Source: the human T2T-CHM13v2.0 reference genome, Homo sapiens. From it: a DNA stretch of 64,000 nucleotides. The notes beneath the pieces were generated by a model. It did no database searches. It saw only the letters and a list, made by a program, of their open reading frames with translations, and had not been told where the DNA came from. Positions within the stretch are counted from its first letter, which is position 1, and each line of letters opens with the position of its first letter. The translations under genes and the position numbers were made by a program. The stretch lies in NCBI RefSeq assembly GCF_009914755.1, contig NC_060938.1; one strand, 5' to 3'. Shown one piece after another: positions 56,820 to 64,000 of the stretch.

Positions 56820-57111
<292 letters not shown>

Positions 57112-58869
57112 CCCAGCATGCATTTAATGTGTGACTCTTGTGCAGAATCCTTCATTCTACTTCCAGGCATTATTTTTCTTCCTTACCACTCTGTCCTCAT
57201 TTTTAAAAAGCTATGTTATTTTGGTGTTTGAATTTATGATTGCAAGACTCTTTTGAAGCCAATCACACTATGTATCAATCAACTAGTTAATGAAACAAAC
57301 AACTTCGGATCATTTTTATACTATTATTTTTTGTACTGTTGTATAATAATTTTACATCTTCTATGTATGAGGCAATGTTGCTTGATTGCTGAATTTATTT
57401 AATTTTTCTTTGTGGAGAAAAAGTATTTCCACATTGCATTTTTTTAAAAAGAAAATTTAAATAATTACTTGTGAGGGGTTTGTTTTTTCTCCAGATGGTT
57501 GGTGACTTGTCAAGAGGGCCACTATGTTAGTGACACTATTTTTTCTGCCACATCATAAAATGATTAGGTAGAAATTTTAATGTATTCTAATGACCAAAAT
57601 CTTAATTTACAACATTCACCATGTTTTAAAATATTCAAACATCTGTTCCAGTTGCATTGCAATGGCAAAGATTCATTTCTTTCTTATTTGGCAAGCACTA
57701 CAAATATATCTGTTATTTACAAGCGTGTTGCCTCATCTATCAAGGTTGCTCAGAGCAGACAGCATTTAGTGACTAAGTACGGCATGGCAAAGAATGATAA
57801 AAAAGAAAAATGATTCCAGCCATAGTTATGTTAATTCAGGAATGTCAACTGTGAAATGTTAAATCTCCCATCAAATAAGCATTTCCCAAAAGGAAGCTTG
57901 ACCACCATCTCAACACAAACTCAATAAATATAATTTGTGCAGTTGAAATTGTGCAGTCGAAGCAATCATTGTACTGGGTTTTTTTCTTTTTCGTTCTTTC
58001 TTTCTTTTTGTTAGTTGGTTCCATATCAAAGTCTCAAATTAAACGGAGACCTCTAGAAACCCCAACAGAGCAGCCCACAGCAAAATTAAATGGGTAATGA
58101 CAAGAGTGAGAGGAAAATATTTTAATTGAACATTAGATTTCATGAATTTAGGTTCTCTCACATATTTTCCAAGGCACATTTTATATCTTTGATATTTGGG
58201 GTGTTTTTTTTCCATTTTATTTCATATATCTCTTTAGGGCATCGCTCTAAAGGATATCTAGAGGGGCAAAGAAAATGGCATTGGACATTAGTCCCCTTAG
58301 AACATTTCTAAATAAGGGCCTCCCCTGGATATTTATGGATATGCAATTCTGCTTTCTCCTGGGCATTCCCCCATGTGATTAAATAAAATATAGTAAGGGT
58401 ATTTTTAGATATAGAGAAACCATGTATAAGGAAATACCTATGGGACAGAAAAAAATAGATACAATAACTTTTCATTTAGATAGCTCATAGGCAAGTGCAG
58501 CACCTAAATTCCTTAGGAAGAATCAGGTCTGAAAATTCTGTCAGGTAGTATGAAACTGTTATGCAAGAATTTGGTTGACCCAAGGTCAAGGTTTGGAGGA
58601 TCAAATAAGCTTGGAAGACTGAGGCAGAAACTCTAAGGCCAGACAAACAGGGAGCGGAATTAGAAGACAGAGATTAGCTAAGACAAAAGAGTCCCACTGT
58701 TACCAAAGGTTTATACAATCTTTTGTCTTATGGCATAGATTGGGTGGCTAAGCACTACCACTATTTATCCCAAGCACAATGTGAGGCCCCAGGCTTCCAA
58801 GGATTTGTGAAATGCCATCCCCAGAACAGCACAATGTAGTCGAAAAAGCAGATTCACAAAGATAAAGTA

Positions 58870-59150
58870 GCAATAATGACAGCCACTTCCATTTATTAGC
58901 ATGCGCTCTATACCAGGCACTGTGCTGAGCATTTTATTTTCCTTTCTCATTTTCTCTTTCTCACAACCCTCTCTCCTGGGCCACACTCCAGCCAAGGAGA
59001 GCACCCTAAGCACAAGGCTTGCCAGCTTCCACAGGGCAACCCCAAGGAGGCAAGCACCATTATTTCCCCCACTTTACAATGAGGAGAGCTTCAGAGAAGC
59101 CAAGTAACTTGTGAAGGCAAGACAATTAGTGAATGGCACAGGCAGGCCTC
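58870..59150 (-). mobile_element. MIR
   Basis: 'ccaggcactgtgctgagcattt' and 'cccactttacaatgaggagag'. Confidence 0.7.
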
Positions 59151-59834
59151 ATAACAATATTTTTAACCATGTCTGAAATATCAGGCAATAAGAACAGGTA
59201 ATTGATTAAAGAAGTAGTACAAATGACCAGTGAATCTATGATAAAAATGTAACCTCTCTGGTAAATAAATAATGCTAATTAAAATGAGATCACATTTGTC
59301 ATTGATCAAACTGGGGACATTTTATTTTGCTGTATATCTTTTGAGAAAGTAGTAGGTGCTCATATCCTGCCAGTAGAAGCTCAAAGTGACCACTTTCTAG
59401 AACACAATTTTATAACAGGAATTCGTTTAACAAAATGAATATGTAAAACTAACAATTCAACTTCTACATTTTACTTTAAGAAACAAAAATAAGACCTAAT
59501 ATTTTCTATGTATATATTTTCCGGGCACTTGGGATAGAATGGTGAGCAAGATATAGTTGGTCTCTGTCCCTATTGAGTTTAAGGGTAATGATGCTCATTA
59601 TTATATCATTCACATAATAGCCAAAAAATTGGAAGTAATGGGGGTTGAGTAAATAAACTATAACACATCCATAAAATAAATTGCAGCTATAAATGAAATA
59701 CTATGCTGTAGAATAACTCTAAGGTGTTGGCAAATGTTCATAATATTTTCTGGAGAAGTAGATTATAAAATATAAGGCTGTGAAACAGAATGCATGTTCT
59801 TTATAGTCCACACTTTGTACATTCTTTAAATTGT

Positions 59835-61095
59835 GTTTATTCACTTAACAAATGTTTATTGAAAACATATTTCATGGCAGGCCCTAGGGAAACAGTTATA
59901 CATAAACAGATAAAGGCTTTGCCTTACTAGAGCTTACATTCTAATTAGAAGAAGAGACAATAAACAAAAGTAATAAATATATGATATAACATTATTATGA
60001 AAAAAATTGAGTAATATATGTTAGCCAGAGAAGGAAGCTCTGATCAGGTAACATTTGAGGGAAGACTTGGAAAAGGTAAAAAAAGTGAGCCCTGAAGTAA
60101 TCTGAAATAAGAGCATTAGAAGCAGAAAGAACAAGAAGTGCAAAGGCCCTGAGGCAGAATGGGCTTGTGTTCTAGGAAGAGCAGAGTGAGTGAGAGAGAA
60201 TGGTAGAGGATTATAGGAGACAGCTAGTGGAGGGGTCAGATTGTGTAGAGGCTTGAAGGTCATGGTAAAGAATTTGGACTTAATTTTGAATTAGATAAGA
60301 GAGTCAGGCAAGTTTGAAGAATAGACTTTAGGGATGGCAAAAGGAAGATGTTAGACTAGCTGGTAGTAGTGGAGCTCATGAGAAGACCCTGGAGTTGACC
60401 TGACATTGACTGAAATGGAAAAACTAGGAGAGGAGACATTTTACAGTAATAGATGGAAGAAAAAAATCAAAAGTTTGCCCGGGGACATGTGGCAGCCATG
60501 AAAAAATGCCTCTCAGATCTCCAGCTGCAGTGAGTGTGTTGAACCACGGCTCAGCTGCTGGACCCACTCACACCCAGGCCATGCTTTTTCCAGGCTGCTC
60601 CCAGCTAAGCACTCCTAGGGATACTAAGTCATGCCCATCACAAGAAATGTGGGATTTCTCCGATGGTGACTTTGGCTCAAGGACCCCATGCCAACTTTGC
60701 TGAAACTTTCTTAGGACTGCATCAAAGTCTAAGACTTCCTACCCAAAGTCCTAAGACTTTCTTCCCTCTGTCCCCAACATGGGGTAGCTCTGCATCCCAG
60801 TGTGACAGCTCCCCCAGCCTCCTCCAGTTCCCCCACTCTTCTCCAGTTCCTTCCCCATTTTTTCCTCACAAGCATTTCCCCCAATAAATAGGATTGAACC
60901 TCTAATCTCATCTTGGTATCTATAATACTTCTCAGCAGACTCAAACTTATGCCAATGTTGAGTTTAAGATGCTAATAAACACCCAAATGAAGATGTCAAG
61001 TGGACAGTGTAGAGTTCAGAGTTGGGAATAGAGATATAAAATGGGAGCCATCCGCACACAGACGGCATTTAAAGCCAGAGAGCTAGATGACCTTG
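59835..61095 (-). mobile_element. L2 remnant interrupted by an LTR16
   Basis: 'ttattcacttaacaaatgtttattga', 'agagcttacattcta' and 'gtgcaaaggccctgaggcagaa'. Confidence 0.8.
60488..60953 (+). mobile_element. LTR16C-like ERVL solo LTR
   Basis: tgtggcagccatg...ctcagatctcc start; ccccaataaa and 'tctcatcttggtatct' near the end. Confidence 0.7.
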
Positions 61096-62320
61096 CTTTA
61101 TTCAACCTTCATTTCCTTCAGTGCCCAGATCCTAGCTAACCACCTGAGAAGGATAACCCTAGTATGTTATTTCATGCTGAAGTGTGCTTTGTGATGAATA
61201 CCTTCCTGGCAAGGGCCACCCCTATAGGAATGTCTGCATTTACCTTAGGATGTTCATGAAGTGAACCCAAAGGATCAACCTCTCCTGGTGGAATTTCGAG
61301 TCCCACGGCAATTGAGTGAGTGGAATTATTTTTTGTTTTCCCTATGTCCATTCAGAGTCATACTCTTATCACTTTTGACTAAATCAAACTTGTAGATATT
61401 TTTGTTTATTTCCCATTGGTTTTTATCATCCAATTTCTGCTCTCCACTCCAAATCATCCCTTCACCTTCTCATCCTTCTCTTTTTTATTTTCCTTCAGTG
61501 AAAACTACTTTATTCCTGGAATTGCTTTGTAAGCAATTTCACTAACTATGCTCAGGAATATGTAGTTAAGGCCCCTAAATCTTCCTGCAACATAAAGTAA
61601 AGGAAGGTGCAATATCCTCTACCCAAATAAGCCAATAGAAAGTCTATCAGTTAAGGAAAGTCAACATGTAGAAAAACTGAAAAATATGATGAAGAGCAAG
61701 AAAATAATATGAAAGTGGAACAGTTAAATTTAGACAAGGATAAAAGAAATGTTATTTATATAAAAGTAATAGCCACTCTTTCCCCTACCCCCTTATTTTT
61801 ATCTAGCATTTCCAGCAAAAAAATATTCTCTAAATTCATCCTTTCCTCTGGTTCCTGTCAGTTGTTATATTCAGCTTCCATCTGCCTTCCTCCATGTGTG
61901 AGTGCACACTTATTTCCTCCCTTTTCACATATACATAGGAGAGATAAACATTCTCTTGGTAACAAAAATCAATAAACTTGATGTAAAATTTATGAAAACT
62001 ACATTAGCAAAGTTAAGGAAAATCATATTTATATCCTCTTGACTGATGAATAAACACTATGCATTTCTCAGTGGTGTCTTCTTGCATTTACAACGTTAGC
62101 ATCTCTCAAAACCCAGTGACAGAACACAAATCATGGAAAGCATGAGTATTCTTACGGAGGTAATGGAGCAGAATATTAAGATCTAGTTGTCCTCAAAAGT
62201 CCAAAATGTGTCACCACTGTGCCTAATTATTGCATTAATTTAAAAGCCTAGGTCTATAGTAACATCTCACTTGGCCTCACGGTGCTGCTGCAACTAGCCC
62301 CTGGCTCAGCCCATGTACTG

Positions 62321-62374
62321 TTATGTTAGTGCAAAAGTAACAGCAAAAACCACAATTACTTTTGCACCACCTAA
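62321..62374. mobile_element. MADE1 with internal deletion
   Basis: ttatgttagtgcaaaagtaa...aaaaaccacaattacttttgcaccacctaa; both TIR ends present. Confidence 0.85.
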
Positions 62375-64000
62375 TAGCTTAGAAAGGCAGCCAGGACCTT
62401 TCTGCTATGCCAAAGGGCCTTGGGGAATTTTTAGAGTTAACCTGATTTTATTGTGAAACCCCAAAATAAACTACCACTGAGACTAATAATCCCAGGAAAC
62501 ATTGCAGTACAATACCATGAAGCTAGTCTTGATGTTTTCCCTTTCTCTAACCAAAGCTGTAATTAAGATCATTATGGGATTTCCCTCTGCCCCCAGGGAA
62601 ACACAGTTCCAGTTTTATAACGCAGTCAATGGAACAGTAGGAATCAATTTGAAAGTTTTGAACAGAATCTTTGGCAATACACACATCTACTTTTAAATTG
62701 AGGTATACCTCAATATACACAAACTCCCTAAAGCTCCAAGAATATCAAAAGTAATTTGGAAAACAGGATTGATGTTTGTGTGAAAATATAACATCATTTA
62801 ACACATTTAGTTTGCCCAAGGGAAGAATAGCTTACAAGTACTCTTTCTGTGAACTGTAAACACCACAAAGATTTTATATAGAGAAAATGAATTAAGAAAA
62901 ATTAAATGGCTATCAGGAAAAAGAAAAACTGTCTCCATATAATGATTATCTCCCCCCTCGGATTAATTAAGATATTAAATGGACTTACTCAAGAACTAGT
63001 AATGACTCTAACACTGGGGATATGTAATAGCTTTAAATTAGTCATGAGGACAGGGACAGCCTATGTGCCCATTCTTGGGTCTTTACAGTTTTTCTTCACC
63101 CTTGGTTTCAGGAAGGTTAAAATTCATGGAAAAGTGGGGAAAGGAGAATATAACTGACAGAATACAGCATCCAATTCAAAAAGCTGCAATTCCTTATGGC
63201 AGTTTCTAGTGAACATGGAGCACTCACTCTCCACCCCACCCAACCCCAGAAGGCAGCCTCACTTGTATGGTTAATGTGCTTCTCTTCCATTCTGCTTTAA
63301 CAATGCCATGGCTTGCACTCAGTGAAAGGTGAATGAAATGCATCATCATTGTCGAACCTCAAGGATTTTAGTTTTATGGAATACTGAAAAATGACACTGC
63401 TGGCATAGATGTTACTTTTCTTAGGAAGAATAGTTAGGCAGGGACATTGTTTCAAATGCCTTTAGACCAGCAAATATGCACAAGTGGCAAAACATGAGGG
63501 GATTTGTTCATAAATCCATGGGAGGCACTGTCTGTACACACTTGTAGAAATATCTGGGGAAAAGACATTTTGCATGGAGTGAGATGTCCTGTCCAATGAG
63601 GGGTGCTACACCAACAGCAACATGCAAGTTATTACTATTAATAGGAATTTCACTTGTACATACTGACAGGTGAAGACTTGGAAAGTCTGAATTTCATACC
63701 AAAGTTTCCATTTGGATAACTGAAAATTTTCGTTTTATTTATGTAATCTGAATATGTTTATCCAATTTATTCAATATTAAAGTATGGTGCTATTAAATGA
63801 AGAATGGAAGGATTCCTTACTGGTTCATCATTTGTGTTTCTAATCTGCAGGTGGTGAGAAAAGATGTAACAAGAACCTTTTCTGCATACCATCAGCTGTA
63901 GTGCTCCATGTCAAGATCCCAGCAATCCTACTCAAAAGAAGACATTCACTTGCTAGCTCGAGTGTTAGCTCAAAATCTGTGTAGTGTCCTGTGCTGGTAA

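Overview
AT-rich, repeat-dense primate (human-like) DNA, intergenic or intronic. I recognise no complete host protein-coding gene. The long ORFs are decayed L1 ORF1/ORF2 fragments, Alu read-through or microsatellite translations. The window holds a 4.8-kb L1PA (30.7-35.5 kb), a nested L1MA/MLT2/MER1B/Alu cluster (43.9-51.0 kb), eight Alus, MaLR/ERVL LTRs, L2/MIR remnants and a 1.15-kb complex TA-rich array. The standout pattern is at least four independent local copy-paste (templated insertion) scars of different ages, each with its donor 1.6-20 kb away inside the window. (1) A ~177-bp LTR piece inserted between 59-bp direct duplications (3.2-3.6 kb). (2) A 136-bp inverted copy dropped into the TA array (24.1 kb). 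(3) An Alu-tail/L1 junction copied from 15.3 kb into the big L1, replacing ~1.7 kb of ORF2 (34.76 kb). (4) A 397-bp Alu-plus-flanks block copied without retrotransposition hallmarks (49.97 kb, donor 54.36 kb). There is also a candidate small spliced unit at 4.3-6.2 kb: a palindromic RFX X-box, a 46-nt exon, a 9-nt microexon and a terminal exon with AATAAA. Repeat family names come from recall of consensus sequences and alignments were done by eye; no database search was run.
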